Source: a virus
Taxonomy: Duplodnaviria; Caudoviricetes
Reading direction: 5' to 3' (one strand)
DNA length: 25,575 nucleotides
IMG/VR virus record: IMGVR_UViG_3300025606_000018
Coordinates: 1-25,575 of that record
In this document: in pieces, positions 8,255 to 16,203 of the stretch
Layout of the letters: each line of letters opens with the position of its first letter
Numbering within the stretch: position 1 is the first letter of the stretch
Made by a program: the position numbers and the translations under genes
Notes under the pieces: model-generated
Databases searched by the model: none
The model's input: only the letters and a program-made list of their open reading frames with translations
Told to the model about the DNA's origin: nothing

Positions 8255-9772
8255 TTATATCTTAACTAGGTTTCCAAGACCAGTAGCAATCTGACCGAAT
8301 TGTTCAGCACCACTCGGCTGCCTAGAAATCGCACCAACCTGCGCGCCGTATGTGCTGGACAAGTAATTAGCCTGCGATCCGTATAGGCTTGTAAACGCAT
8401 TTTGAAGCTGAACAGGAATCTCTGGATTGGTTGTCTGATAGAAGTTAGCAGCCGTAGACGGCTGTTGGTTAAACCCACCAGGCAAGGCTTGATTGGCTTG
8501 AACGTATTGTTGCATCGCACCTTGCTGTTGGGCTGTGCGCTGGCCTGCGAGGTTGTAGATCGAAGGTCCGCCACCAATGAAGTTAGCTGCTGCTCCAAGT
8601 CTATTCTGACGCAATGCATCACGGAATGCTATGTCAGCTTTGAGCGCATCACCAGTTGACTGACCAGAACCAAGGAAGCTCTGTGCCGCACCATAGCGTG
8701 CAAGCTTTCTGGCTTCGCCAGCAGCACCAATCTGTGCTGCTTCTTGTACTGCTGGTCCAAGGCCAAAGATATTACCACGCGCTGTCTGTGCTGCTCTTGC
8801 TGCCTGCTCGTATCCACGCCGTTCTTCCGCGCCAATAGTCGATCCAAGGCGTAATTGATTAAGAGCCTCGTCTTCAAGAGTTTTTCTGATTTGCTCAGTC
8901 TCTGGCGTGGTTGTTGCACCAATTGGCTCAGTTGCCATCTGGCGATACTGCTGACCCAAGCCAACCGCTGTCTTATAGGATTCTGGATCAATCTGATAAA
9001 GCTGTTGCGATGCGCGTTCTTCTGGTAGCTGAACGTAGGATCTGAAAGAAGTAATTTCTTTTAGCCCTTCTGGGCTATCCATTGTAATAGGCGTGAAATT
9101 CTTTTGCATATCCTGCGCGCTTGTAACTGCGCTGGTTACGCTTTTTAAATCATTATTCAGTTGGTTAATAAAAGTCTCGGAAGAAGTGCGCCTAGCATCA
9201 CCAGCAGGAAGATCGGCAAGAAGTTTATTAGCTGTATCAAGACGTTCCTTGATTCCAGCAATCTGAGCGTTGCCACGATCAATCACACTATTTAGGCGGG
9301 ATAGCTTTGAGTTATTGTAATCGTCAATAATATTTTGATCTGATACTTGGAAATTTAATTTTGTTGCAAGATCAGAAGATCCATAGTTACGACCAGCAGA
9401 AAGTTGAGCCAATGCGTCATTTACTCCTTGTCCAACATTTGGGTTATTTGTTCCCATTGCATTGCCAGTTAACTCTCTTATTTGAGAAGCTAAAGAGTTT
9501 TTATTTGCTTCGTCTGAAAGTTGTTTGTCTACATTTTCCTGTAACTTTGCAATCTTTACTTCATTGCTTTTCTGTGCGGCAGAAGCGTAATCAACTTTAT
9601 TTGCTTTTTCGATTGCAGAAAAGAATGCTTCTGGATCTTTTCCAGATCCAGTTACACCTGTTTTTGCGTCTTTCCATACTGGACCCCATGCTGTGCCATC
9701 ATATCGCTTATTCGTTTCTACGATATTCCCATCCGCATCAACCGAATATTCTGTCCTGTTGTAAATAGCCAT
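8255..9772 (-). CDS. Putative DNA-transfer/ejection protein
   Basis: 505 aa, Gln/Ala/Gly-rich helical C-terminal half (AARAAQTARGNIFGLGPAVQEAA), ending in an amphipathic FGQIATGLGNLVKI; downstream of the tail nozzle as in P22/T7-type gene order. Confidence 0.6.
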   Translation of the reverse strand: MAIYNRTEYSVDADGNIVETNKRYDGTAWGPVWKDAKTGVTGSGKDPEAFFSAIEKANKVDYASAAQKSNEVKIAKLQENVDKQLSDEANKNSLASQIRELTGNAMGTNNPNVGQGVNDALAQLSAGRNYGSSDLATKLNFQVSDQNIIDDYNNSKLSRLNSVIDRGNAQIAGIKERLDTANKLLADLPAGDARRTSSETFINQLNNDLKSVTSAVTSAQDMQKNFTPITMDSPEGLKEITSFRSYVQLPEERASQQLYQIDPESYKTAVGLGQQYRQMATEPIGATTTPETEQIRKTLEDEALNQLRLGSTIGAEERRGYEQAARAAQTARGNIFGLGPAVQEAAQIGAAGEARKLARYGAAQSFLGSGQSTGDALKADIAFRDALRQNRLGAAANFIGGGPSIYNLAGQRTAQQQGAMQQYVQANQALPGGFNQQPSTAANFYQTTNPEIPVQLQNAFTSLYGSQANYLSSTYGAQVGAISRQPSGAEQFGQIATGLGNLVKI

Positions 9773-9775
9773 ATT

Positions 9776-10252
9776 TTAAGCAGTTAACTTTGGATTTGAA
9801 ATATTTGTTCCAACTGTTCCATAGAAATCAACTGGTCCTGGTTGGCGGTTAAACGCTACGTTCTGTTCAACTGAACTATATGGAGATGTTCCATACAAAC
9901 GCTCGAACTGACGGGTCATCTGATCGCCCAATCCACGATTCAAAGCATACGCTTGTGGGCTAGTCTCATACTGCCTGCGAAGCGATTCCAAAGTGCGCTG
10001 TGGGCCGTATTGGCGTTCTAATTGCATCCCAGCCTGTACACCTGCTTGCTGGTCTAGGGCTGATAGCTGGCGTTCTAGGCCACGCTGTTGGGGCATATAT
10101 TGGATACGAAGCTTATTTTCCAAAGCCGCCATTTCTGGGGCTTTCTCAATGTAGGTATCAATGTTCGTTCTGTACGCAGCGGCATTGGCCTGCGCTACCG
10201 CTGCTGGATCGGGCGGGGGCGGAGGCGCAGGAATTGAAGGTCCTCCACCCAT
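9776..10252 (-). CDS. Putative small ejection/pilot protein
   Basis: 158 aa starting MGGGPSIPAPPPPPDPAAVAQANAAA, an N-terminus typical of the first ejection protein in podovirus-like phages. Confidence 0.6.
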   Translation of the reverse strand: MGGGPSIPAPPPPPDPAAVAQANAAAYRTNIDTYIEKAPEMAALENKLRIQYMPQQRGLERQLSALDQQAGVQAGMQLERQYGPQRTLESLRRQYETSPQAYALNRGLGDQMTRQFERLYGTSPYSSVEQNVAFNRQPGPVDFYGTVGTNISNPKLTA

Positions 10253-10253
10253 A

Positions 10254-10622
10254 TTAAACTCTAGCCTTTCGCATAAATGTCATATAGTCGTAACTCCTTG
10301 GTTTACCAGAACGATTAAAGGTGATCCGCTTGCGAGGACCAAAACGCTCCCAAAGGAGCAACAGCAAGCATCTCAAGGATTTAGCACCTTTTGAGGAGAT
10401 AGTCAAATCAACAAACACATTCTCTCCTTCTTCGCTATGCACATAATGATTAGGCTCTTGCCCATCTTTTATGCACCTAGCTAAAGCCAGGCCTGCAATC
10501 CCATCTTTATCCTCCACAATCCCAACCATACCCTGTTTCTCAAACCAGCTATACCAATCTGCCAGATTAGGCCACATACCTTCTGGAACACCGCTTTGCT
10601 CAATGTATTCAACAGCAGTCAT
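10254..10622 (-). CDS. Virion assembly protein, possibly degenerate GNAT fold (positional equivalent of P22 gp14/T7 gp13)
   Basis: 122 aa between the nozzle and ejection genes; beta/alpha pattern VGIVEDKDGIAGLALAR...VFVDLTISSKGAKSLRCLL; ATGA overlap with the nozzle stop. Confidence 0.45.
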   Translation of the reverse strand: MTAVEYIEQSGVPEGMWPNLADWYSWFEKQGMVGIVEDKDGIAGLALARCIKDGQEPNHYVHSEEGENVFVDLTISSKGAKSLRCLLLLLWERFGPRKRITFNRSGKPRSYDYMTFMRKARV

Positions 10623-12469
10623 ATTGTTTGTTGGATTTGGATTGTATCTGGATTGGCAGCAGCCGTGATCTGGCGAATAGCCATCTTGTTTGCTGGTGTG
10701 GAAATTTTAATATTAAGCAAACGCCACTTCTCGTACTTGCGCAGGTCGCTTGCCAGCTTCTTTTTGACTGATGTTGGAAGGACGGCTGGAAGCGTAAATG
10801 GAAGAGTTAATACCGAACTTGCAATGTCAATGTTTGAAGCAACATCAATATCTCCAACGTCAGTATCGCGCTGGATTGATACAGTGGAATCATTAGAATA
10901 AGAATTGTCAAAGATAACCTCAAAATGACTTCCATACTTTAGAGAGAAAGGATCTCCAAAGTTAAAGTCTTTAGTGCGAACATAAGAATCGTAGTCAGTT
11001 CCAGCGTCTTGATAATCTGCTGACGTAGTTCCAGCGGGAGATTTGTAGCCAGCGTACTTCTCGATGATGCCATTGGTCTTCTTGAACATCGCCCTAGAGC
11101 CTTCTTGATTAAAGTTCGTAAGTGTGAACTGCATTACCTGTGGACTCCAAGTTCCTTCGAATGCGCTTAATGCAGTATTGTAAACCAATAGCGTGTCGTT
11201 GTAATCATTTGATCCAGTGGGTATGGCAAGGAAGTAGCGGTTATCGTAGTAGATTGCGGTAGCTACCCTAATTGAATCCGTATTGATGCTTTGAATAACA
11301 TTCTTCACAACCTCTGATATTGGTATGCCAACTGAGCTAAAGTCATCAGCTACAGACCGAACAAGCGATCTGATGCCGTTATCGGACAGAAATAGAATGT
11401 CGCTGCTTACTTGAACCGCAGTACCAGTTGCCACGCATCCAGTATTGTTTGAAATGATTGAAACAATCCAATCCGCACCAGAAGTAGCATCGCTAGGAAT
11501 ATCAAGCTGAAACACCCTGCGTTTCTTGAATACGATCAGCCTATTCTTGTAGTAAGGAACAACCGCAGTAATTGCATCTCCGTCATCTCCGTTGACTACG
11601 ATGCTATTCGTTGCATCCCACACGGAAGGATCAAGAATATCTGATGCGTAAATCGTGTTTCTGTTTGCACCAGATCCAACGCCAAATAATCTATTTTCAG
11701 CGTTAACTAAAATCCTAATACCCGCTGGTGGCGCGCTGACTGTTGCTGTAGCCGTAGCACCAGAGCCGTCACCAATTATTGTAACAGTAGGTGCAGTTGC
11801 GTAACCAGACCCACCACTAACAACCGTAACTCCAGTAACAGCCCCACCAGCTACCAGAGTAATCAGTTCTGGCATTGTGCCACCAAGCGTAGGGCCAGTA
11901 ATAATTGCAGTCGCGCTGGTATATCCAGTACCACCAGTTGTTACTGTGATCGCCCTAACCTTCCCACCCTGCCTCTCAACAGCAGTTCCATCCCAAAAGT
12001 GTAGGTCGCTATCGGAATCAGATAGAAACATTTTGTCAACAAATTGTGCAAAAGATACCTCAATGTCTTCTGCCACGCTGTAGCCATCTCGCCATTGGCT
12101 GGAGGCTGCTGTCCAATTTATATTTGTATTTGCCCATTCCGTATATGGAACGTGGGCTGTCGCGCTACCGTCTGATTCAATGCTGTAAAATTTTCCAGCA
12201 GTAACAGTCAATAATTGTTGGTATGCAGATGTCTCGTAGTAGCGCATCCCGCCTACTGAAGTTAACCCGCTGGTTGCTCCAGTTGCAAAGCTTGTTGTGC
12301 CTACGCGAGTTTCAAGATTACCCTTTGGTGAAAGGGTCATATTGTACAACTCTTGTACTTGGTTTTCTGCTAGTAGGTCAGATTGTAGACCGCTGGCTTG
12401 ACCTCCAGTAAAATTACGTATTCCGTCAAAGGACAGAACATCGTCCAAATTGTCGCTGTAATAAGGCAT
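10619..12469 (-). CDS. Tail nozzle/tail tubular protein B (P22 gp10-like beta-propeller)
   Basis: 616 aa, AAGGAGG SD; RNFTGG, NMTLSPKGNLETRVG, NRLFGVG, GDAITAV...LIVFK, TGCVA, ILFLSDNGIRSL, YVRTKDFNFGDP are characteristic of podoviral nozzle proteins. Confidence 0.75.
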   Translation of the reverse strand: MPYYSDNLDDVLSFDGIRNFTGGQASGLQSDLLAENQVQELYNMTLSPKGNLETRVGTTSFATGATSGLTSVGGMRYYETSAYQQLLTVTAGKFYSIESDGSATAHVPYTEWANTNINWTAASSQWRDGYSVAEDIEVSFAQFVDKMFLSDSDSDLHFWDGTAVERQGGKVRAITVTTGGTGYTSATAIITGPTLGGTMPELITLVAGGAVTGVTVVSGGSGYATAPTVTIIGDGSGATATATVSAPPAGIRILVNAENRLFGVGSGANRNTIYASDILDPSVWDATNSIVVNGDDGDAITAVVPYYKNRLIVFKKRRVFQLDIPSDATSGADWIVSIISNNTGCVATGTAVQVSSDILFLSDNGIRSLVRSVADDFSSVGIPISEVVKNVIQSINTDSIRVATAIYYDNRYFLAIPTGSNDYNDTLLVYNTALSAFEGTWSPQVMQFTLTNFNQEGSRAMFKKTNGIIEKYAGYKSPAGTTSADYQDAGTDYDSYVRTKDFNFGDPFSLKYGSHFEVIFDNSYSNDSTVSIQRDTDVGDIDVASNIDIASSVLTLPFTLPAVLPTSVKKKLASDLRKYEKWRLLNIKISTPANKMAIRQITAAANPDTIQIQQTI

Positions 12470-12478
12470 AAGCCTCCT

Positions 12479-13177
12479 TTACGCCGAGAACATTTCTTCT
12501 ATGGTTAGCTCGCCAAGACTTTGAGGTGTGATTTGCTTTACTCCACCAACCTGGCTCAACTCGTAGTTAGCCATCAAAGCAAGATCGGCATTTGCAGTCT
12601 GCGTAATTGCTTGTGCTTTTGCATACTGTCGTTCGCGCTCTAGTGAATCAGAATGCGTCAAAGCTAAAACCAAGTGATGAACGTGTGGCAAGCGAAGTTC
12701 GTCATCCAACGCAGCTTGTGATGGAGGAAAGTCAACAATGATGTTTGTACGAGTAAGACATTTCAACTTCTCCACAACCCGCAACGGGGTTGTTCCTGCG
12801 GTTTTAAGTCTTGGATAAAGATTTAATTCCGCAACTCCATTGCTGTTGCGACCCGTGAAATGATAGGTATCTGGATCTCCAGTACGATCATCGGACAGCA
12901 AGCCTGGGTCTTGGCTAATGATTGTGGCTAGATCAATCGGGTCAACCTCTGCATCGTTATAGGCTACTGACAGAGGAGTTTCTACATTGCTTCCAAGCGT
13001 AATTAAACGAGTTGTTCCAACTGAATATGTAGAATTTGTGACAGTCTCACGCCAAGGGGCAAAGTCCCATACGCGCCGATAGGCTAGGCTCGCTGCCTTC
13101 TGCAAAAAGGTAAGCGTATCCGAGTCGGTCTTTCCAACCTTCTCGCCTGCATATTGGGCGATTTCAGTTAGGGTCAT
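12479..13177 (-). CDS. Head-tail adaptor/tail tubular protein A
   Basis: 232 aa; MTLTEI start, WDFAPWRE, TGDPDTYH, LNLYP, LPHVHHLVLAL; immediately upstream of the nozzle. Confidence 0.65.
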   Translation of the reverse strand: MTLTEIAQYAGEKVGKTDSDTLTFLQKAASLAYRRVWDFAPWRETVTNSTYSVGTTRLITLGSNVETPLSVAYNDAEVDPIDLATIISQDPGLLSDDRTGDPDTYHFTGRNSNGVAELNLYPRLKTAGTTPLRVVEKLKCLTRTNIIVDFPPSQAALDDELRLPHVHHLVLALTHSDSLERERQYAKAQAITQTANADLALMANYELSQVGGVKQITPQSLGELTIEEMFSA

Positions 13178-13180
13178 TGA

Positions 13181-13342
13181 TTACTCTTGGTCTGGAGGAA
13201 GCGGAGTGTTACCTTCTGAAAGCCATTTAAGATAGGCTTGGTAGTCGATGTTTTCCATGTCAAATGGAATGAATGCATTATCTTTAACTCTGATAATAAT
13301 AGTATTTATTGTTCCGTCTAATTTTTTAGTTTGCTTATACAT
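13181..13342 (-). CDS. Tail fibre-associated small protein (assembly chaperone-like)
   Basis: Likely start is the ATG at 13342, 2 nt after the fibre stop. FIPFDMENIDYQAYLKWLSEGNTP matches the IPxDxxNxDYxxYLxW motif commonly following phage fibre genes. Confidence 0.7.
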   Translation of the reverse strand: MYKQTKKLDGTINTIIIRVKDNAFIPFDMENIDYQAYLKWLSEGNTPLPPDQE

Positions 13343-13344
13343 AT

Positions 13345-14883
13345 TTATAGCTCTATTGCGGCAGTCCAAGTTTGTTCATATTGGTATGGAGAACTAGCAC
13401 TAGCAATTCGATATAATGAAACAGAATCTACTGCTATTGTCTGATTTGTTGTAGAAGCACCAACATTTGATGTGATTGTATTTGTATATGCAATTGTCGG
13501 TGCTGCTCTTTTTTCTGATTTAAAATATAAAGATCCACCAACACCAGCACCAGCAGTTGCATATCCAGCGGAATGAAATGTTCCCTTTTCGTAATACCTC
13601 TGGCACAATGCCAACTCCGCACCGATTGGCATGCGCTCAAAGTCGGTTGCGGTTGATCCTGCTTCGAGTTGGACATTGTAAATCGTCCAAGTTCCGCTGG
13701 TTTGTGCGCCAACTGTGAATACGATTTCTATTCCAGTAGTAGCTGCTGATGGAACTGAGATTTGCGCGCTGTAAGATGTAAGAGTTGATGTAACTGTAAA
13801 TGTTCCAGTTGCAATCTGTGTGCGGGTTGGGCTTGCTAGTGTGCCAAACGCATCGGAAGTTGTTGCGTAAAACGCAGTCCAGGTAACTGTGGTCAGCAAG
13901 CTATTGGCAAGCTGGACAGATAGTGTGGCCGTTGAGCCAGCTAAGTCAGTTGTATTAGTAGCCTCAAGTCTAGTTCCAAATCCAATCGCCGTAACAGATG
14001 CCGCGCCAGTAAACCTATAAACAAACTCGTTTGGAGCAGTTCCAGCTACGCGCTGACCAGTTACATTAGCACCAGTGCAATAACCATAGAAACGATCTAT
14101 TGAGTAAGCCAAGGCAGCAGCGGCTGTAAATGTCTGACTCGCCCCAGCATTCCTCTGATCAATCCGCATATCACCATTGATGATGCGGTTGCGGAAGCCA
14201 GTTAATCCGCTTGTAATCGCAGCCGTTCCAGTGCTTGTAACTTGACCTTTTGCGTTGATTGCAAGAACAGGAACAGATGTTGCTCCACCATAAGTTCCAA
14301 GGGTAGCACCAGTAGTTCCAAGCGTCCCTGTTCCTTGGCTAATAGTGAAATCACCAGCAAGAGTTGTGGAGAGATTCCCAATCGTTCCAGTTGTGCTATT
14401 TAGCGTGGCAACTGTTCCAGACGTGAATATACCCGCTGTACCAGTTGTAGTTCCAGCGGTAAGCGTTGGGATCAGTGCTGTTGTAATTGTTCCATTCGTG
14501 ATCGTAGCCGCAGTCGATGTCGTTGTTCCAGCGGTAAGGCTAGGGATTGTTCCAGTTGTAATAGTCGCGCTAGTGCTAACTGTGCGGTTTCCAGTGGCAG
14601 TTCCATAAGTCAGCGCACCAGTAAGATTAAAGCTTGTAAATGTTCCAGCAGTAAGTCCATCATCGAGAAGATTTTGAACTGTTACCTTCCGTGGAGCTAG
14701 GGAAGCATCAACGCTGTCTGGAGCAATTAGCAGAAGATCAGCCGTACCAATTGTTGTAATCTCCTGCTGATTCTTAATTATTGCAGAATTTACAAGTGCG
14801 GTGTCAATTAAGTTATGCAGGCCAGCCGCAGTAACCGTACCATTGGTTAAGAATGTCTGCTGACGATTGATTATGTTTGCCAT
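13345..14883 (-). CDS. Tail fibre/receptor-binding protein
   Basis: 512 aa; Thr/Gly-rich repeats, TLGTYGGATSVPVLAINAKGQVT, then FRNRIINGDMRIDQR...VQLEAGSTATDFER..GAELALCQRYYEK, a widespread phage fibre carbohydrate-binding-like module. Confidence 0.8.
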   Translation of the reverse strand: MANIINRQQTFLTNGTVTAAGLHNLIDTALVNSAIIKNQQEITTIGTADLLLIAPDSVDASLAPRKVTVQNLLDDGLTAGTFTSFNLTGALTYGTATGNRTVSTSATITTGTIPSLTAGTTTSTAATITNGTITTALIPTLTAGTTTGTAGIFTSGTVATLNSTTGTIGNLSTTLAGDFTISQGTGTLGTTGATLGTYGGATSVPVLAINAKGQVTSTGTAAITSGLTGFRNRIINGDMRIDQRNAGASQTFTAAAALAYSIDRFYGYCTGANVTGQRVAGTAPNEFVYRFTGAASVTAIGFGTRLEATNTTDLAGSTATLSVQLANSLLTTVTWTAFYATTSDAFGTLASPTRTQIATGTFTVTSTLTSYSAQISVPSAATTGIEIVFTVGAQTSGTWTIYNVQLEAGSTATDFERMPIGAELALCQRYYEKGTFHSAGYATAGAGVGGSLYFKSEKRAAPTIAYTNTITSNVGASTTNQTIAVDSVSLYRIASASSPYQYEQTWTAAIEL

Positions 14884-14884
14884 A

Positions 14885-15553
14885 TTAAGCTGTTGTCCTT
14901 AGTGCAAGCGCAGAAACTGTTCCAGCGGTTATTGTTGAGAGAGTTGTGGTTGAGTTATATAAATTATATCTTGCAACATCGTTTGATACTACTGAGAATG
15001 ATGCTGTTGGATAGCCACCAGAAGTAGTAAGATTTGTTTGCCCAATTACAATATCTCCAGCAACAAGGCCAGACATTGCAAATGTTCCAGTTGAATTTGA
15101 ATTTGCAGCAGTCATTGTACCAAGCGTTGCTGCCGTGACTGCTCCAGACCCAAAGCTGGCTTGGATTATGCTAGGACCAGTTGAACCAAGTCGAAGTGTT
15201 CCAGTGGTCGTTTTTCCACTAACAGCAAGCGTTCCAATAGTTGCTGTGCCAGTAGAGGCGGTAAAGCTAGTTCCAAAGGTCGCTGGGCCAGATGCGAACA
15301 GCGTTCCAATCGTAGCCGTACCAGTTGACGCTGTAAGGCTTGACCCAAAGGTAACAGCACCAGTGAGGGTAGTGTCTCCAGTAACCGAGAACGAACCAGT
15401 GCTGCTTACGCCAGTTGTGGAAAGGGATAGTGCGGAAGAGGTATCATCTCCATCGGTAACAACCTGCAAAGCACCACTAAGCCCACCAGTGGTGAAGGTC
15501 TTGAGAAGCTGTGCGTAGCTACTACTAATGGTCTGTGTTCCAAGTGTGGGCAT
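14885..15553 (-). CDS. Thr/Gly/Ser-rich virion fibre or spike protein
   Basis: 222 aa, AGGAG SD; low complexity, beta-rich, internal tandem repeat; adjacent to the fibre gene. Confidence 0.6.
   Translation of the reverse strand: MPTLGTQTISSSYAQLLKTFTTGGLSGALQVVTDGDDTSSALSLSTTGVSSTGSFSVTGDTTLTGAVTFGSSLTASTGTATIGTLFASGPATFGTSFTASTGTATIGTLAVSGKTTTGTLRLGSTGPSIIQASFGSGAVTAATLGTMTAANSNSTGTFAMSGLVAGDIVIGQTNLTTSGGYPTASFSVVSNDVARYNLYNSTTTLSTITAGTVSALALRTTA
15222..15352 (-). repeat. Two-copy tandem peptide repeat (TFGxSxTASTGTATIGTL)
   Basis: VTFGSSLTASTGTATIGTLFASGP / ATFGTSFTASTGTATIGTLAVSGK: 12 identical consecutive residues, with diverged codons. Boundaries approximate. Confidence 0.8.
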
Positions 15554-15561
15554 TTATTCTC

Positions 15562-15810
15562 CTAGTTAGAAAGGCGGTTTTTTAGGACATCCCAGGCCAT
15601 TGAGCAAACAAGCCCTATAAGCCCAGCTACAGCCAGAACCTTAGTCCGCAAGTGTTCTAGCGCACCTAATCTATTAGCAACATCCCCGTGGAAAGCAAGT
15701 GACCTTTCGATCATTGAGATCAGCGTCATCTGGCGTTCTTCCATCCTGGCAAGTCGCTCTGATACGTTGGCAACCTTGTCCCTAAGATCAGCAACTTCAT
15801 CAAGACTCAC
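15562..15810 (-). CDS. Coiled-coil protein with C-terminal transmembrane helix (XhlA/holin-accessory-like)
   Basis: RLARMEERQ...RLGALE coiled coil followed by VLAVAGLIGLVCSMAW and a basic tail. Confidence 0.55.
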   Translation of the reverse strand: MSLDEVADLRDKVANVSERLARMEERQMTLISMIERSLAFHGDVANRLGALEHLRTKVLAVAGLIGLVCSMAWDVLKNRLSN

Positions 15811-16078
15811 GACCCCTACCCTCCAAATACTTTAACGCTACAGCCAGATGGACAACGGCATCCACAACCTCGTCTCGATCCCGACCTTCCTCGACTATCC
15901 GCTTGATGCTTCTGTTGACAGATAGGAGATGCTTTACCTTTCCAATGTATTTTGTCTCCTTGACCATGTTGTTGTTTTCCACAGCAAATTTTAACGCCTC
16001 TTTGAAACACGCATATTCCGAGCGAGTCATTAAGAAACGCAAACTCAAATTGGTCAGCCAAATGGCGATACGTTTCAT
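15800..16078 (-). CDS. Hypothetical protein
   Basis: 92 aa, overlaps both neighbours (translational coupling); no motif recognised. Confidence 0.6.
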   Translation of the reverse strand: MKRIAIWLTNLSLRFLMTRSEYACFKEALKFAVENNNMVKETKYIGKVKHLLSVNRSIKRIVEEGRDRDEVVDAVVHLAVALKYLEGRGRES

Positions 16079-16203
16079 TTGACATTACCAGCGTCTTCAG
16101 CCGCGCCCATATCTGAATATACTGGCAGAGTATTATTGTCTTGCAACCTTGGTGAACAAGAGGATAGGACAATGCAAATTATGGATAGTTTAATAAATAG
16201 CAT
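16075..16203 (-). CDS. Small lipoprotein (42 aa), not in ORF track
   Basis: Hand translation MLFIKLSIICIVLSSC-SPRLQDNNTLPVYSDMGAAEDAGNVK*: lipobox LSSC; its TGA overlaps the next ATG (ATGA); fills an otherwise empty gap. Confidence 0.7.
   Translation of the reverse strand: MLFIKLSIICIVLSSCSPRLQDNNTLPVYSDMGAAEDAGNVK

Noticed and set aside
10201-10235. G-rich tract as a G-quadruplex or regulatory element
   Set aside because: Explained by the poly-proline codons of the 158-aa protein.
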